DNA of 64,000 nucleotides from Penicillus capitatus (taxonomy: Eukaryota; Plantae; Chlorophyta), in contig OZ287712.1 of assembly GCA_965649825.1 (NCBI GenBank), forward strand, positions 124,001 through 188,000, in the 5' to 3' direction. Position numbers and translations under genes: made by a program. Shown piece after piece: positions 35,491-49,169 of this stretch (the stretch's first letter is position 1; every line of letters starts with the position of its first letter). The notes below the pieces were generated by a model. That model was not told the DNA's origin and did not search any database. It saw only the letters and a list, made by a program, of their open reading frames with translations.

Positions 35491-37346
35491 ATGGAAGAAA
35501 GAAACGTGCTCGCCACTGAATGGGCCGTCATGTCGGCCGATTTCCCCTTGTCCGCCACTGCGCCGTGGATTCCGACCACGCAAACGGCCTGTGTCTTATG
35601 GCCTGAGAACAGGCGTATACTGAAGGCGAGCCCTATATGAAGCGAGGCGTTTTTGACGACGCGGGACCGAGCGGAGCACTGTGGCCACGATTTGCGCACG
35701 ATATTTCCAGGTCTGGCGCGTCACGTCGAGCATTGGAGCAAATCCCAGCCGCATGGTACGTCGCAAACTTGTAACCGTGGTTCAGCTACTGGTCATTTAA
35801 GCTTGGCACCACGTTTTTGGACGCTTGTGCCACTGCCTCATTTCCGGCTAGGCCTGCGTGGCGAATCTTGGTTCTGCGGCGAGAAGAGGAGGAGAGTTGA
35901 CATTCGACTTCTGGCCTGCCAGATTGCGTCGTCGTGTGCGTTGGAGCAAGACTTGCATCTGTTGCGCTTCTCTGTGACGCATCTTCATCGAGTAGCGCAT
36001 CGGCTCCACAGACGGACGGAGGACAACGATGTCAGTAAAGAGAATACTGAAGCACTGGTAGGTTACATCTATGAGCAATATGGTGTCAAGAGAATGGACG
36101 CTATCTACGTCATAGGGAAACCCCTGCTCCATGTGTGGCAGCGGATGACGAGACGCCGGGGCGCGAATCTCTATCATTTAGAGACACGCCGACGCCCCTG
36201 GCACCATTCGTACGCGACCTCACGTCGCTCCCAGTCGACGAAAGCAGTCCACACGCAAGAACGACGCGGGCACCAGGTGTCATTTTGACTGCCTCGACGT
36301 GTTAGGCTATGGCGTCGTAGGATTCAAACGAGGCCTTGGAGGCAGGACAAGATCCACTGACGACGAGGCACTGTGTTCGGTTGTTGCCGATGTCCCTGCA
36401 CGAGTGCGTTGCTTACATGTGGTGTTCGAGATGGGATGGTGCTGTTCTGTGGCCAGACGACGGAAAGCCGATCTCGACCGGTAGCGTCTCAGGGTGCGGT
36501 ACGTGGAGATCAACCGCGCAATGTCGACGATTTTCAAGCTATGCTTTGTGCGGAGCTGTTAAGTTCCTTAGCGCAGAAACAGCAGCAGCAACAGCAGCAG
36601 CACAGAATTCGTAGTGACGCGCCCAATGCGATCCCATCCGCCCACTCGACTGGATTGCACGATACTGTCATGGTTCAGGAGATCTATCAGGATTCCGAAG
36701 TGATCGACTTCACGCATAGAATCAGCAGATTCGCTGCGAAGACGGGTAGGATCGACGACATGTGCGTGGGGATCCGTCTTTGACCTCTTCTAGGGATGAC
36801 ACCGTCTCTCGTATTGAGCTGTGTACTGAGCGAATCTCTGCGTTCTGACGGGCGACCTGCTACCATGGCGCATCCAGGTATCAATCATCCATCCATCCAT
36901 CCATCGTCACACGCTTTGTGCCGTAGATCGAGAGCGTGGCGAAAGAGGTCAATTGAGTCGTGTTTTATTCGATATCGTATGGCGTCAACACTTATCATCT
37001 TGTGATCCCAGCAGCAACGTGCCCAGCGTCGAAGATACGAGACGTTTGGGAGTGATGGCCGCTACGAATAGGAAACGAGAGGTAAATGATTCAGTGGGCC
37101 ACAAAGAGCGTATTCGACAAGAGAAAGTGCAACGCTGGAAAGAGAAGAAGAAGGTCCGTCGCCAAGCCGATCGTCCATGCCCTCCAGGCTGATGCGGTAC
37201 TCATGGTGTGGCAGAGTCGAAACTTCGCGGCCAAAATAAGATATCCTGCCCGACAGCACTTGGCAAACGCACGCAAGAGATACAAGGGCCAATTTGTCAG
37301 CAATAAAGTGACGGTGGAGGACACAACGGAGAGCTCTCAGGCATGA
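35491..37346 (+). CDS. CCT-domain protein; upstream exons (including poly-Q) tentatively the same gene
   Basis: Spliced RQEKVQRWKEKKK/SRNFAAKIRYPARQHLANARKRYKGQFV is a clear CCT motif. The 5' extent is uncertain. Confidence 0.65.
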
Positions 37347-37542
37347 ATGATTATCTCTTGTCGCTGTGCCGGGCACAACTTTCCCCTCACAACTTCTCTC
37401 CTTTAGCCCTTGCTGAGCAAGAGACTTCTTTAGTTCATGCAATTCATTCTTCGCCTCTGTTTTCCACAACCAATTGCAATGTACGTGTCTTTCCTGCGTC
37501 AGCTCCTAGTCGTCAGTAATACTATACTTGTGTCTTTAATTT

Positions 37543-38605
37543 CTAACGCAGACTTCGAATGCTGATGCTGATCCTGTTAAGAGCCTTGCATTTCATGTCT
37601 GAGCAGTGTACGTATCCATGTCTGAGAGACTCTTGATAACATACGTTCTCTTTGTGTATGACGCATGGCACTCCATGATAGCAACGACGGGCTTGGTGAT
37701 GGAGAACGACCACGTCTCCACTTCGCAGAAGAACAGGCGTGGGTGCCTCGGCACGCGTCTCGCCGCCCAGGAGGAAAACGCCAGTCGAGCCGAGGCTAAG
37801 GCTGACGATCGGCTTGGTCATGTCTTCCTCGGCATCGTCCTTGTGTCCGCCGAGACTGTCCCCTTCGGCGTAGTAATTGATTAAGGCCGCATCTGGTTTC
37901 CAATCTGGCACAGAAACGCCTTCCAATCGACAGGTCGATGCGAGAAATCGCCGCCAGATATCGACGAGCGCATCCGGGAGCGATCGGTGATGAACATCGA
38001 TCTCGTAGCGCCGGGACGTCCAGTTGTAGTGCGGCCCGAGCGAACACCAACGCAGTTTCTTGAACAGCGAAGCGGCCGACGGCCCAGCCTCGGCAGACAT
38101 CGACCACCTCTCGTCCGTCGCATCGACGTGAGATTTCAGATAGCGACCCTCAATCGCCGAGTGCGCCAGGTTAAAGAGAGTGCCATAGTGCGCCACGAGA
38201 TTGGTCGAAGCTGGGGGTTGCGGAAAATCGAACCAGCAGGCATGGAAGAGCTCCAGCTGCTGTTTAGGCGTCAAGGCACTTCTCCATAGATAGCATCCTA
38301 GAGAGCATCTGTTTGTCTCACTCTTTTTAGTTCTCACACATCGCTTGCCTTCGATGGAGCGATGACTAAAGACGACTTCGCCCGTCGCTGTCGTTATCTC
38401 CTCAAACGCTCCGTCCGTTTTGGGATCATACGGATCGAAGACATCCTTCAAACAGCCTTCATTCCTCCGCGACGGTCTCTCGTCCTTCCTGTCACACATC
38501 CAACGCATTCGATGTCACATCCGTCACATCTTCTCACTGTTTGCCAGACGACGGCGAAACGCATCTCCTGTAGCGTCGCTCGTGTTCTTTGTAGACGTCT
38601 GCCAT
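37543..38605 (-). CDS. ALKBH1: AlkB homolog 1 (2OG-Fe(II) dioxygenase), 2 exons
   Basis: Motifs KLRWCSLGPHYNW, PDAALINYY, LGGHKDDAE, SLSLG, LRSGDVV, YHGVP and RISISIR. Confidence 0.93.
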
Positions 38606-38689
38606 GAAGCCGTCTTCTGTCTACGGTACTTGCATACGGTTGTTCCGTCCCATTTCCAGACACCTATGCCTTGAAAAGACGGCACCCGA

Positions 38690-38938
38690 ATGCCGAGCGG
38701 CTTGGAAATGTCCTGGTTCGATCATAAAAACGCAGAAACGCTCAAACGTCACAAACGTCTCCAGATTTTCAGTTACGTCGCGACATTCACCTTGACGACG
38801 ATCCTCGTTTTGAGAACCGACTGGTCTGTTCACAGCAAAGGCCACAAGCACATCTTCTCCGACTTGAAACCAACATTGAAGTCCTATCTCAACACGCACT
38901 TCAATAACGACCGTGCTGCCGAGAAGAAACACGACTAA
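38690..38938 (+). CDS. Small hypothetical single-TM protein
   Basis: 82-aa ORF with one hydrophobic segment followed by TDW...HKHIFS. It fills the gap between two genes. Confidence 0.55.
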   Translation: MPSGLEMSWFDHKNAETLKRHKRLQIFSYVATFTLTTILVLRTDWSVHSKGHKHIFSDLKPTLKSYLNTHFNNDRAAEKKHD

Positions 38939-38953
38939 GCATCGTTCTGCATT

Positions 38954-40439
38954 ATGGAACGACGTGCCGAAGAGCTCCTGCACAATTTCTGTATTTCACT
39001 CGACCAGCAGCATGTCGATGCGCCCGTTGTATCATACTTGGCCAGGTGAACTGCAGTAGCTTCATCTCGAGAGACGTCGAAACGCCATCTTTGTTGGCAG
39101 CTTCTTGGTCGAAGTGCTCCGTGGAGAGGCAGATGTCGAGACGTTGGCGGAAGTCATGAATGCGTACTTTGAGAAAACGGTCACCCGTGATGACTTGCAA
39201 CATCTGATGGCTCTTCTCAATTCTGAGAGGGTTCCGTCTCTGGCGCCGGACAGTGCGATGCAGAAACGCATCAACGGGATTTCGCTGAATGCTCATGCTC
39301 CTGCCTTTACCCCGGGGTCCGTGACAAAGGGACCGCCGCCGCCAGAGCATGACGGTATCGTTTCGAAAGATATGATGGAGTTTTTGGAGAGTCATGCTCA
39401 GGAGCCAGATGTCGATCCTCTGGAGCTTCTTAGCAGCTTCTGTCCGACAATGGACCCGCAAGAACTGGAAGAGATATACAAAGATCACCGCGAGAATTTT
39501 GTCTGGACCCTGAACGTGCTGTTGGCGATGCAAGATGGCGGCGAGGCCGATTTGGACGATAAAGATAAAGAAACGCATCCGGCGCCAACCGCAGCACCGT
39601 TGGCGTTGGATTGGAGCGAAGAGGCTTTTCCTGAGCTGCCTGGTCAGAAGTCCGTGACGCACAGCGCAGCGCCCAATGGCAAGACGTCTTTCTTGGACAT
39701 TGCTAAAAAGACAAGGCCACCTGCAGAGAAACTGCTGCCCCGTTCTCCACCGGAAGCCTCACATGGAAGCGTCCGTCAGAGAAAAGAAAACGAAGACGAG
39801 CCAGGCGCCATTCCTTGGGTCGTCACGGGCGATGCCGTCTCCAAACAGTATGCAGATCTAAGAGCCGCCGCCAGTCGATACGCCAAACTCAGAAACGCGT
39901 GTTTCTGCGAGGTAGCGTCATGCCACCCGCCCGCCATTGCTTCCATCGGGATCTGTCGAGTGTACAGGCGACGAAGGCGTACATGTCTGGAAACAAGGCA
40001 TTGGCGCGAGAGCTTGGTATGAAAGGGCGTATGTATTGCGAGCAGATGAAGGAATGTCATCACGAAGCGTCGGAGGCGATCTTCGAGAGCCGGAATCTGG
40101 AGTTGCGTAACAAGATGGCAGGCAACTCGCCAGAAGTGTTGGATCTTCATGGACTCCACGTCGCCGAGGCGAAACGTATCCTGATGCGCGAACTCGAACT
40201 GAGAGAAGCAAAAAAGAGAAGAGGGCGGAAGAAAACGATTCATCTGCTTGTCGGGACAGGACATCACACAAAGGTGTGACCTCTCTTCTGACGATCCGTT
40301 GTGTCCGTAGAGAAATCGTGTTGACGCACAGGGGGCGCGTACACCGTCTCGTCTCCCATCTGCTGTTCAGGAATTTCTGATCGCTGAGGGATACACGTGC
40401 CGCAAGGGACGTCCCGGTGTTATCGAGGTCGAGATCTGA
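38954..40439 (+). CDS. Smr-domain protein with PAM2-like motif and DUF1771 (CID7-like)
   Basis: SLNAHAPAFTP is PAM2-like. ATKAYMSGNKALARELG is DUF1771-like. Smr motifs LDLHGLHVAEA and VGTGHHTK are present. Confidence 0.88.
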
Positions 40440-40684
40440 TACATACCAAGATGGACGGACGGTCGAGAGGCGAGGACGCATTGGGATCTCCTCTCATCCT
40501 GGCTGGCTATATCTTGTAATCGTAGAGTCGATCCGTCCAAGAAATGAATGAGATATACGAGGCGTTCGTATCGCAATGAACCCTGTACTACTGTAATTCC
40601 GATTCGAAGCGCCGTTTACCCGTCTCAGTGCTTTCCTGACGTCTCCGATGACGACGGCTGCCGTTTTCAAGTGTCCTTCGCTGA

Positions 40685-42228
40685 ATGGCGCTAAGAAGAC
40701 GTCGAGTGGTGCTGTACAGGGAAAGGGGCTGGATACTGGTCGCATGCCTTCTTGTGCTAGGCACTGTCCACGGAAAACGTCGCCTGCTAGAGGAGACCAT
40801 TGCGGTTGCCGTCGGTCGTTTTTCGTTGGATGACGAAGCCGACGAAGAAACGACGACCACTTCCCTCGGCCGTGTGCTTACGGCGTTTAAAGCTTTGGGC
40901 GATCTGAAGGACAAGAGCGCACTATCGGAGCACGAAGAGTGGCACGCGTCTTTGCTGGACAACGCAAAGTTCGATCCGCCGGGGATCCGTAACTTCAGCG
41001 CTTCAGCTTTCAATAATGCGTCGCTGTCCGAGATCGACGGTGTCGTCGACGCCGCCGCTTCAGCAGCGAAGAGTAAGGAGGATCTTATCGCGACCGTCCA
41101 CGACGTGGCGACGGGCGATCTGACCTTCGAAGAAGCTGCATCACAGCAAGTACATGTCTTCTCACGTCACATCACATGTCACACTTCCTGCTGCATGACG
41201 GTTAGCTGGGGACGCTGACGAAGTACTTAAATGCCTTTATTGAACGGGAGACGCGTTTACTGGATGCATACAGTCAGGGACATCCAGACGATCAGCTTTC
41301 TTATCTCTTGAAAACGTCCCAGACAAACGGCTACGTTAATAAGGTCCTCGAACCCTTTGGCGTCCTCGATTCGACATCTCTCAACAAGTTGACGGCCTCG
41401 CTGCAGAAGCGGTTCTGTTCTCCGATGGCTTTTCTGCCAAGACGGTCGGTCGGGAAGCGGACGGTGATTAATGGACCTGCCTTTGAGATCACCTTTTCAA
41501 CGGGAGTCTGCAACACGCGTCTCGGTTTTGACCAAGATCATCTGCCGAATGCTACTACGCCGAAGCACGCCATCCAGTGCGAGGGCCGAGAGATCTCGCA
41601 CACCAAGATCCCTATTTCGATCCACCAACAGGATGCTCTGCCCGAAGCTTTCACGTCGAGTCAGTGTCGAATCGAACGCACTTTCGGAACGCCATATGAG
41701 AAAGTGATCCATCCCGACCAACACCATCATGCGCCTGAATGGACGACGACCTGTTCGATAGGTGTTGCACGGAGGCGGTCCGTTGGTGCGTTTCGCCTCA
41801 TTGGACGCATTCATCGACGCGATCGTTACGAAGAAGGACGATATCTTCGGCGGCCTCGATGATCTGATCGTTCGCAACATCACTGCCTCGACGTGGGACG
41901 ATCTGAAAATCGACACTCTGGAAGATATCGCAGATTTCTGGGAAGCTTTCGGTGATCCCGCAGTCCATCGAATCCCCTTCAGCTTCTATCGGTATTACGT
42001 GCAGGTCCGGGGCGTCTGTTGAGAGAGAAGAAATCGTTCGGGAGCAAGCTCCTCAAAGATCTCTCCCTCCCTTCGTTGCTCGATGTGGCGCAGACGTCAC
42101 CTTTCGGATTGGGATTAAAGGACGAGAAAATCTCGCCCTTATCGAACGTGAATATACACGACGAGGATTTCTCGTTGTCCAAAGCACATATCTTGTCTAA
42201 GATCAAAGATGGGGTCTCCAAAAACTGA
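40685..42228 (+). CDS. Hypothetical secreted or membrane-anchored protein, multi-exon
   Basis: Signal-like GWILVACLLVLGTVHG followed by RRLL, and long open exons with a Cys-containing beta-rich block. Confidence 0.65.
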
Positions 42229-42498
42229 CGGTTGTTCGAGATCCGTTTGATCCGCCACGAGGTCTTCTTTAAGAGGAGTGTTTTTGCTTCTCGGCTTGGT
42301 CCAGCGACGCCTCGCGCATGGTGTGCACTTGTTGTTCTCTCTCGCGGACGGACTTGAAGAAAAACGGCACGGCTGCGATACCGAGCCCCAGCAGAACGCC
42401 AAGAACGACGCGATCCTGTCGGACGGGAAACTTCATCGCTCCGTCAATCGATCGACCGAGATACGCAAATCCGGGGTCGCGAAAATGATGTGACGTTT

Positions 42499-43260
42499 CT
42501 ATAGACGGCTCTGCATGCCGCCGGCAACAACGATGGTCTCTCCCGTTATATAAGCAGCGTCCTTAGATGCCAGAAATGCCACGACGTTGGCGATCTCTTC
42601 CGTCGTGCCAAAACGACGAAGAGGGGTCACTTTGAAAATGGCCCCACGAAGGGATGGCTTTTCCGTCAAAGCCTTGGAAAGATGCGTCGGCACCACGCCA
42701 GGAGCAACGCCATTCACCCGAATCCCACGTCGACCAAATTCGTTGGCGAAGGCCTTGACCACACCAAGCAGCGCCGTCTTGCTCACGGCGTACATGCTCG
42801 GCGCCATCTCTGCGCGAAATGCGGCGATGGAGATATTGAGCACGACACTGGCGTCTTTGGAGAGATGCGGCAGTGCTTTCTGAATCAACACGATAGCTGA
42901 TTTGACATTTGTCTTCCAGATGGTGTCGAGTGCAGACTCCGGTGTCTGCGAGAGCGTCGTCATGACGGGACTGACGGCGGCATTGGAGACGAGAATGTCG
43001 ATGGGGCCGCCTCCAAAGGCGACGGCCTCGTGGACGAGATGCTGCAGGGCTATGGGATCGCCCACGTGACAAACGACGCCTTTGACGGCCAGCCCCTGTT
43101 CTGTCAATTGTCGCTCGGCGCGCTCGACGTTCTCCGCTCGGCGAGAGGAGACGACGACTTTGGCGCCTTCCTTTGCCAGTTTCTCTGCGATGGCGTAGCC
43201 GATGCCATCGGTGGATGCGGTGACGACGGCCAGGCGTCCTTCGAAACGACGAAGCTCCAT
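42499..43260 (-). CDS. Peroxisomal short-chain dehydrogenase/reductase (DHRS4-like) with PTS1
   Basis: Motifs TASTDGIG, ILVSNAA, YAVSK (YxxxK) and VNGVAPG, ending in -SRL. Confidence 0.93.
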   Translation of the reverse strand: MELRRFEGRLAVVTASTDGIGYAIAEKLAKEGAKVVVSSRRAENVERAERQLTEQGLAVKGVVCHVGDPIALQHLVHEAVAFGGGPIDILVSNAAVSPVMTTLSQTPESALDTIWKTNVKSAIVLIQKALPHLSKDASVVLNISIAAFRAEMAPSMYAVSKTALLGVVKAFANEFGRRGIRVNGVAPGVVPTHLSKALTEKPSLRGAIFKVTPLRRFGTTEEIANVVAFLASKDAAYITGETIVVAGGMQSRL

Positions 43261-43304
43261 CCTAAAAACAAGGCGGTGCGCGCACCGTTCGCTCTGTATC
43301 TAAG

Positions 43305-44856
43305 ATGCCGATCGCCACGTGCACAAACCGATGGCTCGAAACACGGCGATCCTGGACTCCGACCCGTCATCAAGCGAAGTTCCGTGGAGAACATCGTCCA
43401 TGGTCGCCTCGAAGGGCGCAGCGGCGTCAGGCGTTTCGGATCCGCAGCCACGGCTTCGAACCCAGGCTGGAAACGGACGCCGATTTCGCTGAAGCAATGA
43501 ACGAGGTGGGTGTCGCACCCAGAGATGTCTACCCGACTGAACAAGGCCTCTGTGATATCAGGCTTGTGAGAAGACCCGTGCAGCCATTGCCAGTGCGGAT
43601 GCCAAGGAGATCGCATCGCTGCATGCGGATTTTACCTCGACGTGGATGCTGCTTATGGACGAAAAGGACGTAGATTCTGCAAACTTTATCGCTGTTCTGC
43701 AAGTGGAGTGCATACAGTGGCTGCGGATGTCGTTTCGAAAGTTACGTTGCTGTCCAGGGCCTTCTGCAGCACACCATTCTCGAAAGCGCCTCTGACTTGA
43801 CTGGACCATATCTACGTGCCTATCAGCATATCTATAATACCCTGCAGGTGCAGGATGACACAAGAGACGTGGCATCGCCTGCGGTGCTGTCTTTAGGGAA
43901 TGAACTGGACGTTGGTGCCGGAACGTCCACCTCGGCATTCCCCTGCTGACCAGGCGGCGCATCGCTCGAAGGAATCTGGGCGCGCAACATCTGTGGACTA
44001 CTATGAGATTCTGGGTGTGGCTTCCGACGCAGGAAAAGATGAGATTCGCACCGCCTATCGGCAATTGGCCCTCAAGTGGCATCCGGACGTCAATCGACAG
44101 AAAGATGCTGCCGCCGTTTTTCTCGACATCCGCAAAGCTTATGGTAATACATCACTGGTGCCGTCGATGAACGATGTGACGGGCTGGTTGTCTGTTTGGA
44201 TAGATGTGCTGTCCAATCCAACTTCCCGCAAACTCTACGATACCTACGGCGTTGAAGGGATGGAAAACAAATCCGGTGCACATGCAGGAGATGGAAACGC
44301 CGATCGATTCTGGGACGAATTTAAGCCCTTCGAAAAACAGAGTCGAAAGACCAAAGCCAGAAACGCTGGCATGTCAGGCCGGTCTTTCGCCATCGATGCC
44401 CAAACGTCGCTGTCTTTTGCAGGGAACGGTCGTCAGATGCGGAAGAGACGTCGGAGCCACAGACAGGAGACATCGTGGAGTATCCCCTGAGCGATCTCGT
44501 CAAATCGGAGCTGCAGGACGGAAGAGAGAAGGGGGTCGGTTTGCTGGTGGGTCGAAACAAAGACAGAGGAGACGCAGCAAAGCTCCCCGCCGATCTCCTC
44601 GGCATGTGCGAAATTGAACCTCTGCGACAAGAAGAGACCGATTCCAACAAGTGCGACTGTCCTACCGCTCACTGCTGATGATGTGACGTCTAGGTGGATA
44701 CCTGATGAGATCGGCTGCTCGGCCTTCTGTGAACTGTCGTTGTTGAAGACGATCCCTGTCACATCATACGACAATCGATTTGACATCTGGGTGATCGACG
44801 CTGAGTTGTCTGACGGATGCGGTGGGCCCGAAATCGTGGAGGAGATTATGTTATGA
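43305..44856 (+). CDS. DnaJ (J-domain) protein, likely plastid-targeted, multi-exon
   Basis: DYYEILGV...RQLALKWHPDVN with the HPD motif, preceded by a transit-peptide-like N-terminus. Confidence 0.85.
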
Positions 44857-44925
44857 TGAGGAATGCAAATCACCTTTGCTCCACACAGTAGAATCACATA
44901 CAATGCTAGCCGTCTTAAAAAATGC

Positions 44926-44980
44926 ATGATGGATGGATGGATGGTATGCGTACATGCCTGCACGCACGCACGCACGCATG
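44926..44980. repeat. (ATGG)n and (GCAC)n microsatellites between convergent genes
   Basis: Sequence atggatggatggatgg and gcacgcacgcacgcacgc is read directly. Confidence 0.8.
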
Positions 44981-45022
44981 ATCGGAATCAAAACAGGTGC
45001 TTCCTGGAGAACAGGGAGATGA

Positions 45023-46931
45023 TTATTTTGATCCATAATTGATATCGGCTTCGTAGTTTCCGCTCAAGCACATCTTTTCACAGAAAATCAAATCCGGTTC
45101 TTGTACGGCGGGTTCTTCCTCCCCAAAAAGAGGCTCTGTAGGCGTGGCATCTCTTCGTTCCAACCATCCTAACAGTAGTGTCCCCGAAAGCGTCGCGTGT
45201 GGCATGACGAATTTCACAGCCGTTGAGAGATGATAATCGGGACAGGGATTCTCAGGCTGCTCCATGACCTTGACTCTGAGATGCTGAACGGCATCGTCTG
45301 GATGGATCGCAGGAATGGACCATTCAAAGGTGGCATCCGTTGCATTCCATTGCGCTTCGGGACAGGCCAGCGCTTCAGCACCAGCTAAGCTCTCTCCAAA
45401 GCCTTTCAGATAGACCGTTACACCCCATAGACTGGTCGAGAGTCGCCGATTCGGTATGAGTGCAATGTCGACCAAGACAGGCTGTCCAGGTTTCTTAGGC
45501 CTCTGCCATTGGATCTGGACTCTTAATGGTGGCCCTGCCAGGGTCTTTGGCTGAATAGGATATCTCAAAAGCGTGATGGGCGAGGATAGAGCCTCTTGAT
45601 AGCAACGTCCTAGATTCCAGTGCATGACTTTCGATTCCACGAGCCCTTTCCTGGCTTCGTTCATTGTTAAAGAACTCTGACGCGAAATCCGTAGCTGCTG
45701 ATCATCGTTCCATTCTAACAGAGACTTCTTAGCAATGACATGCTTCAAGAATACGTGCTGCAATGCGCATTTCAATCTCAGAACGAGATGATAGAACTCT
45801 AAGCACTCCAAAGCCCGTGAGCTGAGCCGGGGAGCAGTATCGCCCGAATCGCTCGTACCGCGGGAGAGTTTGAATTTGACTTCGCCCCAGACAGTGTATC
45901 GTGTCAGTGCGTTTCCCGAGAAGTAAGCATTGACCGTCTCTACGAGCTCCAGCTGAGGGGCACCGTATTTGGCGAGAACGGACTGAAACAGAGCATCGCC
46001 CCCTCTGCTTGCAAGCGAACATCCTGAGCTCTTGCGTTTGGGCAGCATGACTGTCGCAAAGGGATTGTCTTCAGCTGGTGTTTCTTGAGGCAGAGATGGG
46101 CCGTCTTCGTCTGAATCTACCCATGGACTGTGTATCGGCACTTTGAAAGAAGCTTCTGTACCACCACCTATGTCAGTGCTTTTTGTGGAGGATCCCGTCC
46201 TCTGCGTTCGCATTATTGGAGGCTTTGGCGGCGGACGCATCGGTGGGTGCTTTCGAGCATCTTCAGTTAAGCTCTCTTCCTTCACCGTCTCCATCGTCTT
46301 GGCAGATTCGTAGGTAGACGATGGGAAAGCGGGATCTCCAAAGCCTTCCCATGTCGACGCCCCTGCAATCGGAGGATCGGTAACGGGCGGCGGTTGCAGT
46401 TGGGAATTATTCTCTGTTGCCATCGTTCTGTTTTCTTCGCTGTTCTCCGATTCCGTCCCTACCGAGGGACTCTTTGAGCATTCTGACGCCGCAGCCACTG
46501 TATCGGCGCGGGCCTCGATGTTCTGAACCGGCCGTTCTTTAGAGGCCGATTCAAAAGGCGATGCAAACGCGACCCATTCTGCATGGTCATGTGCAGAATC
46601 GGACGCTCGTCTTGTACTCATCCCATCACTCTTCCGCGTCACATGTCCCGGAACGGACGACTCCTATCACCATTCTCTTATCAGAAGAGAACATCTGGAT
46701 GTGCCGCACGATGCTGCGTATCTGTATATTTGGCCATGTCTGACAGGTCTCTGTCGAATTGCTGTGCACAGATCCCCGACTCGAGAGCGGAGGAGGTGCC
46801 AATCGAGGAATGGATGCGCCTGAAGGGGTGGGTGTCGAGTTTGTCACCGATACGTCTTGAATTCTCAATGCCTGTAAACATTTCATCATATCGGAAGCCG
46901 TCGTCTCTCCTGAACCACTACACAGAGCCAT
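45023..46931 (-). CDS. Muniscin/mu-homology-domain (FCHO/TML-like) endocytic adaptor; 5' exon uncertain
   Basis: A disordered N-terminus with DNPF/WxxF-type motifs precedes ETVNAYFSG...VWGEVK, PPLRVQIQW and VKFVMPHATLSG...SGNY. Confidence 0.7.
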
Positions 46932-47460
46932 CGTCTACTCCTTCTCAATCTGTCTCACATTTCTCACTTTGAAGAAAACGAATTCCAGGATTCGGTAATC
47001 CCTCCCAGTTTTGAAGAATCCCGCTGTTCCATAGACTTCTGGTCGCCATTACCGGCGGACTGCACAGACAGTAGACGATAAGAGATGTTGGAGGGTGTCG
47101 TAGACCTTGGCTTACAGTCGAACGTGGCCGCGTGTCCACAGAGTCGATGGTGTACTCCTCATCTTCGCTCTGACTCGGCGATGTCTACCATCCACAGCTG
47201 TGCGTTTGTTCGACGCTGAGCAAGAGGCCCACTTGGTTCTTTTTAGGAGTCGGCGTGCGCGCCTTGGTACGCCGACTGAAGAAATGCCTTTTGGCTTTCA
47301 TGGCGACGCGTGTCTTGTCGTGGTGTCGAAGGATGTCTTATGAAATGTGTAGCGATGCGATGCTCTGGCGAAACGAACAAGGAGACGACAGTCGATCGGT
47401 GCTCGCAGGCAATGACTCATTAAACCTTGGGCGACGACAAGATCGGCGTCGTTGGCCACA

Positions 47461-49054
47461 ATGCCAAGTCATCTCATCTCAGCTGGCTTCCTACAGACAC
47501 CGCCCGCGTCACGACGCTGCGCATTGCGAAGTGTAACGCGGCATTTAGGAGTGACAAGAGTGACGCGAGGTATCGAGAGAACAGATCGTATAACGCAGAG
47601 GGGTCCGTCTGCGAGAACGCAACAGATGCGGCGTTTCTTGGAAAGGGAGCCGTACGTGCCGCCTTCGTGGGCATCGAAACTGACAACAGTGGAAGCGGTC
47701 CCCCACTCTTGGCGCATTTTGCTAAATTTTACGTGCGTTCAGGTGCCGGAGGAGAGAATTGCGTTGGGGTTGCTTCCGACGCCAATCCATCGATGGAGAC
47801 TCCCAAACGTCCCATCCGATTTGGACGTGTGGATCAAACGCGATGACATGAGCGGCAATGAGCTCAGCGGAAACAAAGTGCCAGCTGCTTTGTACGGTAT
47901 GCTGCTCGATGGGGAGTGACGGGTCGTGGACGGCAGGTTCGCAAATTGGAGTTCCTTCTTGCCGATGCGAAGAAGAAAGGAGCCGATTGCGTGATCACGA
48001 TCGGAGGCATTCAGTCGAATCACTGTCGAGCAACGGCCGTCGCCGCACGTTACGTGGATCTCGATGCGCATCTCATTCTGCGCAGTAGTGAGCGCGAAGT
48101 AGAGACAGATCCCGGACTAGTGGGCAACTTACTCGTCAACAGAATGGCCGGCGCACATATTCATCAAGTAGGGCGAGAAGACGCCCTCTGTGATGCTCTC
48201 TGCTAAAAGAGTGCTTGTTCAGCTCACGAAACAGGAGTACGCGTCACAGGGTTGGCACAAATTGCTAACTCGATTGGAGGCAGAGCTGAAGAAGAAAGGA
48301 CACCGACCGTACGTGATACCGGTTGGTGGATCGAATGCTTTGGGGACATGGGGCTACCTGGAATGCATGAATGAGATCCGCCAACAGGAGGATCCGCAGC
48401 TGCCCTTCACCGACATCGCTGTGGTGCATCCAAATCTTTTCTCGAGAAAAGAACCAACAAACCAGAGCCGTTCAGGCATGCGGAAGTGGATCGACAGTGG
48501 GTGGATTGGCATTGGGCATTGCACTGAGTGGAGCGCCCGTCCAGCTGCATGCCTATGGCATATGCGCCGATCCTGAATACTTTTACAGAGAGATCCGGCA
48601 GACGTATGAAGACATGGGTGCATTGCCCTTGTTAGAAGGGAGCAACGTCGAAGATCTTTTCTTGGCCGTACAAGCCAGAGGAGCTGGATACGCCATCAGT
48701 CGTCCCGAAGAACTCGAGCTTATCCGAGTTTGCCCCGACTGCCTTCTCTCACCATGCGATTGTATCCGGTTTCAGGATATCTCAACCTCGACAGGGGTGA
48801 TTCTTGATCCAGTGTATTGTGGAAAAGCGGTCTTTGGATTTCTGCACGATGTCCGAGAGCATCCGGAGAAGTGGAAGGGAAAGAGAGTGCTGTTTGTGCA
48901 CACGGGTGGTCTGCTGGTGAAGATCTCTTTCTTCTGCTCTTATGCTGAGAATGCCAAGTGTGTGAAGGGGGCCTATGCCAAGTGTGATGAGCTGCAGCCT
49001 TTCGTCGAGTCCCTTAACACACTGCACAGATGGCACGCTGTGGATGGCATGTGA
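47461..49054 (+). CDS. D-cysteine desulfhydrase (PLP-dependent, ACC deaminase family), multi-exon
   Basis: Motifs LPTPIHRW, IKRDD..GNELSGNK/VRKLEFL, GGIQSNHCRA, IPVGGSNALG, ACGSGSTVGGL and LDPVYCGKA. Confidence 0.95.
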
Positions 49055-49169
49055 CGTCACATCAAACAACACGGACCCGTCGCTCTCTTTGAGCTCTTCG
49101 CAGATGTGTGCTTGAAATCTCGTGAAAATGTATGACTTGATAACGGACTTCCGGAAACACCGTATCGGG

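Noticed and set aside
21828-43260. Peroxisome gene cluster (PEX5, PEX11, PTS1-bearing SDR)
   Set aside because: The genes are spread over more than 20 kb with unrelated genes between them, consistent with chance in a gene-dense genome.
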